64,000 bases of DNA from Actinomycetota bacterium (GCA_052387235.1 JBQTJJ010000001.1:7581-71580); one strand, 5' to 3'. Positions 1-9,021 are shown, counted from the stretch's first letter. Notes: generated from the letters alone by a model not told the origin. Numbers and translations: made by a program.

Positions 1-2
1 TC

Positions 3-1478
3 GACTTCACCGTCCCCGCCGAGGAGGCCACGGACGGCCCGAGGCGACTGGGGTGGATCCTCGCCTCCGTAACGGTCGCAGCCGTCGCCGTCCGTCTGGC
101 CAGCACCCGGGACTTCTGGATCGACGAGGCGACGAGCGCGCGCGCCGTGGACCGGTCGCTCTCGACCATGCTCGAAGCCGTCCGGGGCAGCGATCCTCAT
201 CCGCCGCTGCACCTGGTGCTCACCTGGCTGGCGCATCAGGCCTTCGGCGAGGGGACGCTGGCTGTGCGGATGCCGTCGGTCGTGGCCGGCACCCTTCTGG
301 TTCCCCTGCTCTACCTCGTGGGCAAGGAGCTCTACGACCGGCGGGTGGGCATCGTGGCCGCCGCCCTGGCGGCGTTCGCGCCTGCGCTCGTGTGGTTCTC
401 CACCGAGGCCCGCCCGCCGGTCCTGGCCGCCTTTCTCGCTGCCCTCTCGCTCCTGGCCATGGTCCGGGCGCTGCGCCGGGGCCGGGCCAGCGACTGGGTC
501 CTGTTCGGATTGGCCGGTGCGGCGCTGATCTGGTCGCACCAGCTGGCCTGGGTGCACGTGGCCGTGCTCCACGCCGCCGCCGGCCTCCTCGTGTGGCGGG
601 GTGAGAAGACAGCCCGGCGCCGGTGCATGACCGGGTGGGCGGGGGCCACCACCGTCGTCGTCCTGGCCGGTGTGGCGCTGGCCGCCTACCGGTCGGGCAT
701 CGGGCCTCCGCCCGCCCTGCCCCCCTTCGAGTACGCGACCCGCGCCGCACCGGGGGAGGGCACGTCGCTGTTCCCGGTGATCGGCAGCGGGGTCAGCGCC
801 CTCATAGGTCTCCACCCGCCCGACGTCACCTCCCGGCTGCTGGCCCTGTGGCCGCTCGGCATCCTGCTGTCGCTGCTAGGTCTGGGGCGGGCCCGGTCGG
901 AGCGCGGCGTGCTGCTCGTCGCCCTGAGTGCCGCCCCCTTCGTGGCCCTGTTCGCCGCCCAGGTGCTGGGCATCCCCCGTCACCCCGCATTCGCCCTCGG
1001 ATGGGCCGCCACCGCCATCCCCATGGTCGTCCTGTTGGCGGCCCGGGCCGTGACCTCGCTGGGAGGTCGCTGGCCCCGCGTGCGCGGCCTCGCCCTGGGG
1101 CTGGCCGCTCTGCTCGCTCTGGGCTTGGTGGACCAGGCCGTACGGGTGCAGCCCATCCCCCGTTACGACGTCGGGCCGCTCGTCGAGCAGGCGGCCGGGC
1201 GGGCGCGGGCGGGGGACGTGGTGGTCTTCGAGCCCCGCGCCCTGCGCGACCTGGTCCGCTTCCGCGCCCCCGACGGCGTCGCCACCCGGTCCGTGTCGGG
1301 CACCTCGTCCGAAGATGTCGAAGGCCAGGGGCGGGTGATCGTCGTGGCCGCCTTCGGACTCAGCACCAGCGACGAAAGCGGGGAGCGGGTGCTGTCGCTG
1401 GTGAAGGAGCTGTCGTCGTCGCGCCGGCTCGTCGCGGAGCGGGGACGACCCGACGTGAAGATGTGGGAGTTCGAATGA
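3..1478 (+). CDS. Membrane glycosyltransferase, GT39 (ArnT/PMT-like); 5' end probably outside the window
   Basis: Frame 3 is open from nt 3. The translation RRLGWILASVTVAAVAVRLAS..FWIDEATSARAV..HPPLHLVLTWL, followed by many hydrophobic helices, matches the N-terminal pattern of GT39/GT83 polyprenyl-phosphate-sugar transferases. The listed ORF start at 147 is an internal GTG. The stop overlaps the next start (ATGA, 1475-1478). Confidence 0.7.
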   Translation, partial: DFTVPAEEATDGPRRLGWILASVTVAAVAVRLASTRDFWIDEATSARAVDRSLSTMLEAVRGSDPHPPLHLVLTWLAHQAFGEGTLAVRMPSVVAGTLLVPLLYLVGKELYDRRVGIVAAALAAFAPALVWFSTEARPPVLAAFLAALSLLAMVRALRRGRASDWVLFGLAGAALIWSHQLAWVHVAVLHAAAGLLVWRGEKTARRRCMTGWAGATTVVVLAGVALAAYRSGIGPPPALPPFEYATRAAPGEGTSLFPVIGSGVSALIGLHPPDVTSRLLALWPLGILLSLLGLGRARSERGVLLVALSAAPFVALFAAQVLGIPRHPAFALGWAATAIPMVVLLAARAVTSLGGRWPRVRGLALGLAALLALGLVDQAVRVQPIPRYDVGPLVEQAAGRARAGDVVVFEPRALRDLVRFRAPDGVATRSVSGTSSEDVEGQGRVIVVAAFGLSTSDESGERVLSLVKELSSSRRLVAERGRPDVKMWEFE

Positions 1479-3001
1479 GCCCGGACACCGACCTCCGCCT
1501 GCAGCGCCCGACGTGGGATCCAAGTCGGAACGAGGGCACCCTTCGCCTCGCCCGGATCCTCGCGCTGGTCAACGGGCCGCTCGCCCTGTGGTACGTGTCC
1601 TGGCTCCTCGAGCCGGGCCGGTCCGCCCACCCGATCCTGTACGTGATGCTAGTCGCCGCCGAACTGTTCAACATGGCGCAGGCGGCGGGCTTCTGGTGGA
1701 CCATCCGTGCCACCCGGCGCCACCGGCCTGCTCCCGCCGGTGGCGTGTCGGCGGCCGTCGACGTCCTGATCCCGACCTACAACGAGCCGGTCGAGGTCGT
1801 GGAGCCGACGTTGGCCGCCGCCCTGCGGATCCGTCATCCGGACCTGAACGTGGTGCTCCTCGACGACGGTGGCCGGCCGGAGATGGAGCGCCTGGCTGGC
1901 CGCTACGGCGTTCGCTACCTGCACCGCACGGAGCGCCACGGCGCCAAGGCGGGTGCAATCAACGCCGCCCTGGAGAAGACCGGCGCCCCCTTCGTCGCCG
2001 TGTTCGACTGCGACCACGTTCCCGACGCCAGGTTCCTCGAGGCAACGCTCACCCATTTCGCCGACGAGAAGGTGGCCTTCGTCCAGACGCCGCAGTACTA
2101 CGCCAACGGCCGGACCGGCGGCGTGGCCAGCGCCAGCTGGTCGCAGCAGTCGCTGTTCTTCGGGCCGATCGCAACTGGCCGTGACGCCCTGGGTGCCATG
2201 TTCTGCTGCGGCACCAACGTGGTGTTCCGCCGAGCGGCGCTGCAGGCGGTGGGTGGCTTCCCCACCGAGTCGCTGACCGAGGACTTCGAACTGTCCCTTG
2301 CCCTCCAGGAGGAAGGCTGGCAGACCCGCTACGTCCCGGAGGTGCTCGCCTCCGGGCTCGGCCCCGAGGACATGGCCTCGTACGTGAGCCAGCAGCTGCG
2401 CTGGGCCCGAGGCTGCCTGTCGGCGGCACCGCGCATCCTCGGGGCCCATCTGCCCTTCCGAGTGAAGCTCAACTACCTCCTGTCGGCCGGCTTCTGGCTC
2501 ACCGGGTGGACGGTCCTCGTCTACGTCAGCTTCCCGATCGTGCGCATCCTCACCGGTGAGCAGCCCGTCACCGTGGCGTCGCCGGACCAGTTCCTCGTCC
2601 ACTGGGCGCCCTACTTCGCCGCGTCCCTCGCCACCGTCGCCCTGTCCGCCCGCGGCAGCTACACCTTCTCGGCCTTCGCTGTCATGTCGGCCAACTTCTG
2701 GATCCACATCCAGGCAACGATCCTGGTTCTTCTCCGCCGCCGGGGCACGTTCGCCGTCACGCCCAAGGAGTCAGCAGGAGGGCGCCAGTTGCGGCCGGTG
2801 GCCGTGCCTCTCGCCGTGTGCACCCTTCTCGGCGGCGTCGCCGCCTACGGACTCGTGCGCGACCAGTCGCCCGCCACCATGAACAACGTCGCCTTCGCTC
2901 TGCTGCACATCACCGTCCTGCTCAGCGGCGCCTGGCCGGCGCTGCAGGGGAGGCCCAGCCCGCAAGAGGCTCCCAGCGCGGCCGCCGTGGAGGCCGCGTG
3001 A
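1475..3001 (+). CDS. Processive beta-glycan synthase, GT2 cellulose-synthase-like (BcsA/CslA type), no PilZ domain
   Basis: ATG 1475 overlaps the upstream stop. Motifs present: VLIPTYNE, LLDDG, FDCDH, LTEDFELS (TED), FCCGT, QQLRWARG (QxxRW), flanked by TM helices. At 508 aa there is no room for a C-terminal PilZ. The listed ORF 623..3001 has an Arg/Pro-rich N-terminus out of frame over the previous gene. Confidence 0.88.
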   Translation: MSPDTDLRLQRPTWDPSRNEGTLRLARILALVNGPLALWYVSWLLEPGRSAHPILYVMLVAAELFNMAQAAGFWWTIRATRRHRPAPAGGVSAAVDVLIPTYNEPVEVVEPTLAAALRIRHPDLNVVLLDDGGRPEMERLAGRYGVRYLHRTERHGAKAGAINAALEKTGAPFVAVFDCDHVPDARFLEATLTHFADEKVAFVQTPQYYANGRTGGVASASWSQQSLFFGPIATGRDALGAMFCCGTNVVFRRAALQAVGGFPTESLTEDFELSLALQEEGWQTRYVPEVLASGLGPEDMASYVSQQLRWARGCLSAAPRILGAHLPFRVKLNYLLSAGFWLTGWTVLVYVSFPIVRILTGEQPVTVASPDQFLVHWAPYFAASLATVALSARGSYTFSAFAVMSANFWIHIQATILVLLRRRGTFAVTPKESAGGRQLRPVAVPLAVCTLLGGVAAYGLVRDQSPATMNNVAFALLHITVLLSGAWPALQGRPSPQEAPSAAAVEAA

Positions 3002-4098
3002 GCCACCGCCCGAGGAGCCGCGGGCCGGTCACGACCCTCGCCGTCCTCGCCGCCTCGGCCTGTGTCGCCGTCCTCACCGCATGCGGTCGCGGCGGGGACG
3101 CCGCTGCCGGTCGCCGCGCCCGAGCCGGCGCGAACGCCTTCCTCGAGCGCTACATGGACGGCAACGGTCGGGTCGTCCGCCACGACCAGGGCGGAGACAC
3201 GGTGAGCGAGGGTCAGGCCTACGCCATGCTCATCGCCCTTGCCATCGGGGACCGGGCGCGCTTCGACCAGGCCTGGCGATGGGCAGGCGAGCACCTCCAG
3301 CGGGACGACGGCCTCCTGTCCTGGCACTGGAAGGACGGCGAGGTCGTCGACCCGAGCCCGGCGGCGGACGCCGACGTGGACGCCGCCCGGGCCCTGGTGC
3401 TGGCCGGTCGCCGCTTCAAGGCGCCCGAGCTCACTGAGGCCGGCGTCGACCTGGCCGAGGCAGTCCTGGCACACCAGACGATCCGGGTAGGCCAGGACGA
3501 GCTCGTCCTGGCCGCCGGGCCCTGGGCCGTGGAGCCCCGGATCGTCAACCCGAGCTACCTGGCAGTATGCGCCTTCGTCGACCCGGAGAAGGCGACGGGG
3601 GACCGGCGCTGGGATCAGCTCCGGACCAGCGCCCACCGTATCCTGGAGGAGCTCACCGCCGACGGCGGCCTCCCGCCCGACTGGTCGAGGCTCGGCACCG
3701 ACGGCCGAGTCCGGCCCATCGGGTCGCCCGACCAGCCCGACCGCTCGCCCCGCTACGGGTTGGATGCTTCCCGGGTGCCGTTCCGCATGGCCGAGCGGTG
3801 CGACGGAGGCGGTAAGGACGTCGCGGCCCGCCTATGGCCGCGGCTCCGGCGCCTCGATGGAGGCGGCGCCGCCATCGCCTACGGGCTCGACGGGGAGCGC
3901 CAGGACGAGGCCGACCACCCGACCGGGCTCGTGGGCGCCGCGGCTGCCGCCTGGGCGGCCGGGGACAGCCAGGCGGCCGAGCGCTTGCTGACACGCGCCG
4001 CCGATCTCGATCAGCGGGTCCCGACCTACTACGGCAGCGCCTGGCTGGCCATGGGCCGCACGTGGCTGGTCGGCGAGCCCGAGGGGGGGGACGGCTGA
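2998..4098 (+). CDS. Glycoside hydrolase family 8 endoglucanase (BcsZ-like), lipoprotein signal
   Basis: GTG 2998 overlaps the upstream stop (GTGA). N-terminus LAVLAASACVAVLTAC. TVSEGQAYAMLIAL and the downstream Trp/Asp-rich blocks are typical of GH8. Confidence 0.85.
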   Translation: MSHRPRSRGPVTTLAVLAASACVAVLTACGRGGDAAAGRRARAGANAFLERYMDGNGRVVRHDQGGDTVSEGQAYAMLIALAIGDRARFDQAWRWAGEHLQRDDGLLSWHWKDGEVVDPSPAADADVDAARALVLAGRRFKAPELTEAGVDLAEAVLAHQTIRVGQDELVLAAGPWAVEPRIVNPSYLAVCAFVDPEKATGDRRWDQLRTSAHRILEELTADGGLPPDWSRLGTDGRVRPIGSPDQPDRSPRYGLDASRVPFRMAERCDGGGKDVAARLWPRLRRLDGGGAAIAYGLDGERQDEADHPTGLVGAAAAAWAAGDSQAAERLLTRAADLDQRVPTYYGSAWLAMGRTWLVGEPEGGDG

Positions 4099-4787
4099 TG
4101 TCGACCAGGCTCGTACGCACGCTGCTGGCGGCGTCCACGGTCGTCCTCTGCCTCGTCGCCCTGCCGGCGGCCGAGGGCCAGATCGACACCACCACCACGA
4201 CCACAGTGGCAACGACGACCACCACCCTCGCTCCGACGACCACGACCTTCGCCACGACGACGACCACGGCCGTCGCCACGACGACGACCACGACCGCCCT
4301 CGAGGAGACCACCACCACCTCGGCCCCGGTGACGGCCACCACCGACGGCACCGTCGTCGACGGCACGACCACGACGTCGCCCGACACGCCCCTGACCACG
4401 GCGACCGTCATCGACCGCACCACCACCACCACCACGCCCGGCACCCCCACGACGCCGCCGCCGCACCGGGACGCCGCCGTCCAGCAGCGCCGCGACCGGG
4501 TGGCCCGGGCCTTCGGCGGCGTGGAGGAGCCGGCCGACACCCCGGACCTGGGGCGGTTCCTGGACGACGGCGGGCGCCGGCCGCGGCCCCGGGCGCGGGA
4601 GCGGACCACCGGCGGTCTGTTCCTCGGCGGCCTGCTCACCGCCGTCGGAGCCGGCGTGGTGCTCGGCGCGAGGGACCGCGCCGCCAACGGCCGGCCGCCG
4701 GACGACCCGCTGGTCCAGGATCGAAAAGGCGAGAGCGGTGACCCGAGCCGCCGTCAGGCGGAGCGCTCGGCCAGACCTACCGCGTAG
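4098..4787 (+). CDS. Thr-rich (mucin-like) secreted protein with C-terminal TM anchor
   Basis: ATG 4098 overlaps the GH8 stop (TGATG). Signal peptide MSTRLVRTLLAASTVVLCLVALPAAEG, then about 90 aa dominated by Thr runs, then a C-terminal hydrophobic helix GGLFLGGLLTAVGAGVVLGA. Low complexity, so no family assignment. Confidence 0.55.
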   Translation: MSTRLVRTLLAASTVVLCLVALPAAEGQIDTTTTTTVATTTTTLAPTTTTFATTTTTAVATTTTTTALEETTTTSAPVTATTDGTVVDGTTTTSPDTPLTTATVIDRTTTTTTPGTPTTPPPHRDAAVQQRRDRVARAFGGVEEPADTPDLGRFLDDGGRRPRPRARERTTGGLFLGGLLTAVGAGVVLGARDRAANGRPPDDPLVQDRKGESGDPSRRQAERSARPTA

Positions 4788-4794
4788 TCGGCCC

Positions 4795-4985
4795 ACGACA
4801 TCCGGGCCGGCGGACCGCTGCGGCTGCTGTCGACGACAAAGGCCTTCTCCCCGAGCCGCTGGGCCAGCGTCCGCCCGTACTCGACCCCCGGCTGCGGTCC
4901 ATTGGAAGTTCGACACGTTCAGGGCGAACCCGCGTGCACCGGCGACACCCGCTCCCGGGAGGGCGCTTGCACCTCCCACCGCAAC
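4795..4985 (-). pseudogene. Remnant of a GH6 glucanase gene (frameshifted, truncated)
   Basis: Minus-strand translation gives ARGFALNVSNFQWT in one frame. After a 1-nt shift it gives VEYGRTLAQRLGEKAFVVDSSRSGPP. Together these resemble the conserved GFAxNVSNY ... VIDTSRNGxGP blocks of GH6 enzymes. There is no start codon, it is cut off by the tRNA on one side, and it decays on the other. Confidence 0.5.
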
Positions 4986-5007
4986 GCGGTGACCTGCGAC
5001 TTCGGGG

Positions 5008-5081
5008 TGGGCCGTAAGGGACTTGAACCCCTGACCCCTTGCGCGTCATGCAAGTGCTCTACCAGGCTGAGCTAACGGCCC
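5008..5081 (-). tRNA. tRNA-Val (anticodon GAC), CCA not encoded
   Basis: The reverse complement GGGCCGTTAGCTCAGCCTGGTAGAGCACTTGCATGACGCGCAAGGGGTCAGGGGTTCAAGTCCCTTACGGCCCA folds into a 74-nt cloverleaf. It has a 7-bp acceptor stem, D arm GCTC/GAGC, anticodon stem CTTGC/GCAAG with loop A-T-GAC-G-C, and T arm AGGGG-TTCAAGT-CCCTT. Isotype was read from the loop by hand. Confidence 0.85.
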
Positions 5082-5086
5082 CCGGA

Positions 5087-5980
5087 TCAGGCGCCGACCT
5101 TAGCATCGGCCCCGGGCGGCACGAGGACGGTGAGGGCTCCGGGAAGGGAGCGGAAGCGCAGGGGCGACGCCAGCTGCACGACCTCGCCGTCGAGGGCGAC
5201 GGACACCGTGGGGGTGCGGAGGGTGACCTCGACATCGCACTCCTCACGCTGGACGAGGAGGGAGGACGCCGTCAGCCGCCCCAGCAGCAGCGCCAGCACC
5301 GTGCGGGTGCGGGCCAGGGCGACGTCGGCGCGCAGCACCCGGACGTCGAGAAGGGCCTGGTCCAGCGCGTCCCGGTGGATCAGGTCGGTCAGGCCCTCGC
5401 CGTAGCAGCCGTTGCCCACGAACACGAGCCAGGCCCGCTGGTTCGCCCCGTTCACGGCGACCCGGAAGCGGTGGCCCCTGCGGGCCTGGGCCCACGCCGC
5501 AGCGGCATTGGCGACCATGGGCGGGAGGCGGCGCTCGTGCCGGCCGCGCTCGCGGACCATGGCGGCGTAGAAGCCGATGCTGGCGTTGTTCACGAAGCGC
5601 TCGCCGTTGACCTCGGCCAGGTCGACCGCCCGGCGCGTCCCGCCCACCGCGGCGGCGGCGTCGGCGACCGTCTCGATCCCCAGCTCCCTGGAGAAGTGGT
5701 TCCTGGTCCCGGTCGGCACCGGGAGCAGAGGGATGCCGGTGCCGGCCAGCAGGCCGGCCACGCAGCGGATGCTGCCGTCCCCGCCGGCGACACCGATGAA
5801 GTCGGGCCGGGCCGCGACCTCCTCCTGCGCCGTCGCCTCGAGGTCGTCACCCTCGCACGTCACCACGCGGGCGGTCGTGAAGCGCTCCTTGACCTCGTCC
5901 ACAGGAGAGCTCCCGGGCCCGGACGCCGGATTGACGAGGATGACCCCTCCGGCGCCGGCGGCGACCCCGCCCGCGTTCAC
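5087..5980 (-). CDS. Diacylglycerol/lipid kinase family protein (DAGK catalytic domain)
   Basis: VILVNPASG ... IGVAGGDGS ... LPVPTGTRNHF motifs. The GTG start overlaps the upstream stop (GTGA). The stop is 5 nt from the tRNA. Confidence 0.85.
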   Translation of the reverse strand: MNAGGVAAGAGGVILVNPASGPGSSPVDEVKERFTTARVVTCEGDDLEATAQEEVAARPDFIGVAGGDGSIRCVAGLLAGTGIPLLPVPTGTRNHFSRELGIETVADAAAAVGGTRRAVDLAEVNGERFVNNASIGFYAAMVRERGRHERRLPPMVANAAAAWAQARRGHRFRVAVNGANQRAWLVFVGNGCYGEGLTDLIHRDALDQALLDVRVLRADVALARTRTVLALLLGRLTASSLLVQREECDVEVTLRTPTVSVALDGEVVQLASPLRFRSLPGALTVLVPPGADAKVGA

Positions 5981-6453
5981 GACGTCTTCTTCTCGTTCGG
6001 CGGGTGCCGATCCCTGTCGAAGGTGATGAACGAGAATGCTCCGTCCGGCTCCAGGAGCGCCACCTCCACCCGGGCCAGGTCACCGATCCCCTGCTGGCGG
6101 GCCTCCTCCAGCACCTCGTCGACGGTGAGGCGCTCCACCCGCAGTGCCTCGACCAGTGGCTCGCCGTTGCGCACGATGAGCACGGGGTCGCCCTCGATCA
6201 CGTTCCGGGCCCGCTGGAAGCGGAACGACACGTAGGCGAACACGAGCACCCACATGGCCAGCGTGCCGGTGGCCAGCATGGCTCCGGTGACCGAGTAGTC
6301 CTCCTGCGTCACGCCCTGCTGCACCAGGTCGCCCAGGGTGATCAGGAGGACGAGCTCGAACGCGCTCATCTGGGCCAGCTCCCGCTTCCCGAGCGCCCGC
6401 GTGAGACCCCAGAGGAAGAAGAAGACGACCGTGGCCCGAAGGGGGATCTCCAT
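5977..6453 (-). CDS. DUF421 (YetF-like) membrane protein
   Basis: MEIPLRATVVFFFLWGLTRALGKRELAQMSAFELVLLITLGD... is the typical DUF421 N-terminus. I chose the ATG at 6453, which overlaps the upstream stop by 1 nt, over the longer listed ORF. Confidence 0.8.
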   Translation of the reverse strand: MEIPLRATVVFFFLWGLTRALGKRELAQMSAFELVLLITLGDLVQQGVTQEDYSVTGAMLATGTLAMWVLVFAYVSFRFQRARNVIEGDPVLIVRNGEPLVEALRVERLTVDEVLEEARQQGIGDLARVEVALLEPDGAFSFITFDRDRHPPNEKKTS

Positions 6454-6911
6454 CAGGGCATGACCCAGGTGCGGTACGCGACGGACGCCACGGGCTCTCC
6501 GTCCACCAGGACGGCGGTCTCTCCCCTCGCTCCCCACTGCACGTTCGGGCCCATGCGGGTGTCGAGGGACACCTCCACGGTGTCACCGGCGTCCGGCGTC
6601 TCGAACTCCCACAGCACCCGCTCGCCGTCGGAGGTACTGGAGGAGGGGTCGGGGTCGAGGGAGTTCTCGTCGAACAGATCGAAGTACGAGGCGGTGCTGG
6701 CCAGGGTGATCGGGCCGTCGAAGCCTCCGCGACGGTGGACCGTGACCGACCACGGCACGGAGAGCCCCGGGCGGGCCACCTCGGGGTACCGGACCTCGAC
6801 GGTGTAGCCGCCCCCCGAGCTGCGCGCGGTGCCGGTGCGGACCCCGAAGACACCGACGGCCCCCAGCGCCACGAACACGGCCACGAACGTGAGGAACGCC
6901 CTGCGGGCCAT
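6453..6911 (-). CDS. Hypothetical N-terminally anchored protein
   Basis: MARRAFLTFVAVFVALGAVGVFGV TM/signal anchor followed by a beta-rich domain. It is first in a three-gene overlapping operon. The start is uncertain because upstream GTGs are possible. Confidence 0.55.
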   Translation of the reverse strand: MARRAFLTFVAVFVALGAVGVFGVRTGTARSSGGGYTVEVRYPEVARPGLSVPWSVTVHRRGGFDGPITLASTASYFDLFDENSLDPDPSSSTSDGERVLWEFETPDAGDTVEVSLDTRMGPNVQWGARGETAVLVDGEPVASVAYRTWVMP

Positions 6912-7057
6912 CCGGGCCCGGCGCAACGCGCCGAGGGGCACCTCGGCCGGGACGGTGGAGCGCGACACGACCCCGCGTACCCGGGCGCTGCCCGGCGCAA
7001 ACGGCCGGGCGCGGCGGCCAGCCTTGCCCCTCCCTGCCTGCGGTCTTACCCTTCCCC

Positions 7058-8743
7058 ATGGCCTCACCGTCGCTCGACCCCCGGTTGGAGGTCGGCGGAC
7101 CGGTTCGCCACGTGCTGGTGGAGGCGGCGCGCGCCCTCCATACCGAGAGCGACCGCACGAGGCTGCTGGCCTGGGCGGTCGACGGAGCGCGGTCGCTCAC
7201 CGGCGCCGAGGTGGCCGGTCTGTGGATGCTGGACGGCGACGAGTCGCCGCAGTGGCGCGTCGCGGCCGGGCGGGCGGCGGCGACCACCGAGCTGGACGGG
7301 CTCGGGGATCCCCGGCTGCATGCCGCCCTGCACCCGGCCGTGCGCCGGGGTGCACCCGTGCATTTCGCCGACCTCAAGGGCGAACAGGGCGATCGCGACC
7401 TGGCCTCGGCCCTGCCCGGCATGGCCAGCGTGCTGGCCGCCCCCGTGCCCGCTGTCGACGGGGCCACCTACGGGGTGCTGCTGGTGGCCGACTCCCGATC
7501 GGGACGGCTGGCGCGCCACACCGACGACCTGGCGGCCCTGGGCGCCCACCTGGGCGTCGCCCTCGACAACGCCGCGAGCCGCCTCGCCCTCGAGCAGCTG
7601 CGAGCCACCGAGCAGCAGATGGTGAACCAGCTCCAGGCCGCGGTGATGCCGAGCCGGCCCGAGGTGCGGTTCACCGAGCTCGGCAGCTACTACTCGCCCG
7701 CCGATCCGGGGGTTGCCACCGGCGGCGACCTGCACGACTGGATCGTCCTGCCCGACGGCGACCTCCACTTCGCGGTGGTCGACGTGATGGGCAAGGGCGT
7801 CGCCGCCACCAAGGACGCCCTGGCCGTGACCCATGCCTTGCGCCTCCTGGTCATCGACGGCTGCCCGCTCGCCGACGTGGTGGCACGGGCCGACGCCATC
7901 GTCACGGCCCAGAACCCAGAGCTCGTGGCCACGCTGCTCGTCGGCCGCTACCGCCCCGCCACCGGCAGGCTCAGGCTGGCGGGCGGCGGGCACCCGCCTG
8001 CGTTCGTCGTGAAGGACGGCACCGCCCGGGAGGTGGCTGCCCCCGGCGTGCCGATCGGCTGGCCCGGCGCCGGCTCGGAGGGAGTGACGGAGGTGTCACT
8101 CGGGCGGACCGACAGCGTGCTCCTCTACACCGACGGGCTGGTGGAGGGCACCAAGGACGTGGTGAGCGGTCTGGCTGCGCTGCGCCGCTTCGCGGAGGAG
8201 ACGGCGCCCTACCCGGCCCAGCAGCAGGCCCGCATCCTGGTGGAGCGCACCCTCGCGGGAGCGGCGCGCCGGGACGACTCCCTCGCGCTGGTCCTTCGCC
8301 GCCGCGTGCCGCCGGCCAAGAGCCACGGCCTGGCCCTCGGACCGTTCGAGCACCGCCTGTCCCGGAGCATGGCTGCGGTGTCGGTGAGCCGGGGCCTCCT
8401 TCGGGAGTGGCTGATCCGGGTCCCGGTCGACGCCGACTCCATCCACGACCTCCTCCTGGCCGCCACCGAGCTGTGCGCCAACGCGGTGGAGCACGCCACC
8501 TGGACGGCCGCAGGCGTGGTGATCCGGGCCCGAACCGAGGGGGCCGACGTCGTCCTCGAGGTGGAGGACGACGGGAGCGGCCTGAGCTGGCCCCTGCTGG
8601 CCCAGGAGCCGCCCGATCCGGAGGCGGACCACGGGCGGGGCCTGTGGCTGGTGCGGACGTTCACCGACGAGGTGGCGCCGCTGACGGTCGACGGCCGGAC
8701 CGTCATCCGCTGCGTCAAACGGTCCGTGGTGGCCGCCGGGTAG
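7058..8743 (+). CDS. Fusion protein: GAF sensor + PP2C/SpoIIE phosphatase + HATPase (RsbW-like anti-sigma kinase) domain
   Basis: N-terminal GAF-like region. SpoIIE block GGDLHDWIVLPDGDLHFAVVDVMGKGVAAT ... LLYTDGLVE. C-terminal ELCANAVEHA ... LEVEDDGSGL ... GRGLWLV. Confidence 0.8.
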   Translation: MASPSLDPRLEVGGPVRHVLVEAARALHTESDRTRLLAWAVDGARSLTGAEVAGLWMLDGDESPQWRVAAGRAAATTELDGLGDPRLHAALHPAVRRGAPVHFADLKGEQGDRDLASALPGMASVLAAPVPAVDGATYGVLLVADSRSGRLARHTDDLAALGAHLGVALDNAASRLALEQLRATEQQMVNQLQAAVMPSRPEVRFTELGSYYSPADPGVATGGDLHDWIVLPDGDLHFAVVDVMGKGVAATKDALAVTHALRLLVIDGCPLADVVARADAIVTAQNPELVATLLVGRYRPATGRLRLAGGGHPPAFVVKDGTAREVAAPGVPIGWPGAGSEGVTEVSLGRTDSVLLYTDGLVEGTKDVVSGLAALRRFAEETAPYPAQQQARILVERTLAGAARRDDSLALVLRRRVPPAKSHGLALGPFEHRLSRSMAAVSVSRGLLREWLIRVPVDADSIHDLLLAATELCANAVEHATWTAAGVVIRARTEGADVVLEVEDDGSGLSWPLLAQEPPDPEADHGRGLWLVRTFTDEVAPLTVDGRTVIRCVKRSVVAAG

Positions 8744-8756
8744 GTTGGTCAGCCTC

Positions 8757-8936
8757 ATGACCGACTCTCCCGACGACTTCGTTCCCGAGGCCGACAGCCA
8801 GGAGCAGCACCAGGCCGCCATCCCTCCCGACATGGGCAACGAGGCGGTGGAGATAGGCGCCGACGTGCCCGAGGCGGATGCCATCGAGCAGGCCCTCCCC
8901 GGCCCGCTGCCGGACGAGGACGAGGCGCCCCGGTAG
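8757..8936 (+). CDS. Small acidic hypothetical protein
   Basis: ATG 8757 (or TTG 8745) lies right after the upstream stop. Third-position GC is high through the ORF. No recognisable family. Confidence 0.35.
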   Translation: MTDSPDDFVPEADSQEQHQAAIPPDMGNEAVEIGADVPEADAIEQALPGPLPDEDEAPR

Positions 8937-9021
8937 GAGCCAGGCCCCGGCGGCTGCGTTCGCCGCCGGCACAGGAGGGGTAAGGGCGCGATGCCCGCCG
9001 TCGCCAAGGAGGACGACGCCC

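Noticed and set aside
623-1474. N-terminal 284 aa of the listed ORF 623..3001
   Set aside because: It is an Arg/Pro/Gly-rich translation running out of frame over the GT39 gene. The GT2 homology begins only at the ATG at 1475, which overlaps the upstream stop.
1475-3001. c-di-GMP-binding PilZ domain in the glucan synthase
   Set aside because: The protein ends about 190 aa after QxxRW, and that stretch is mostly TM helices. I saw no RxxxR...D/NxSxxG pattern.
5004-5007. Encoded CCA tail on the tRNA
   Set aside because: The sequence after discriminator A reads CCCC, not CCA, so the tRNA end was set at 5008.
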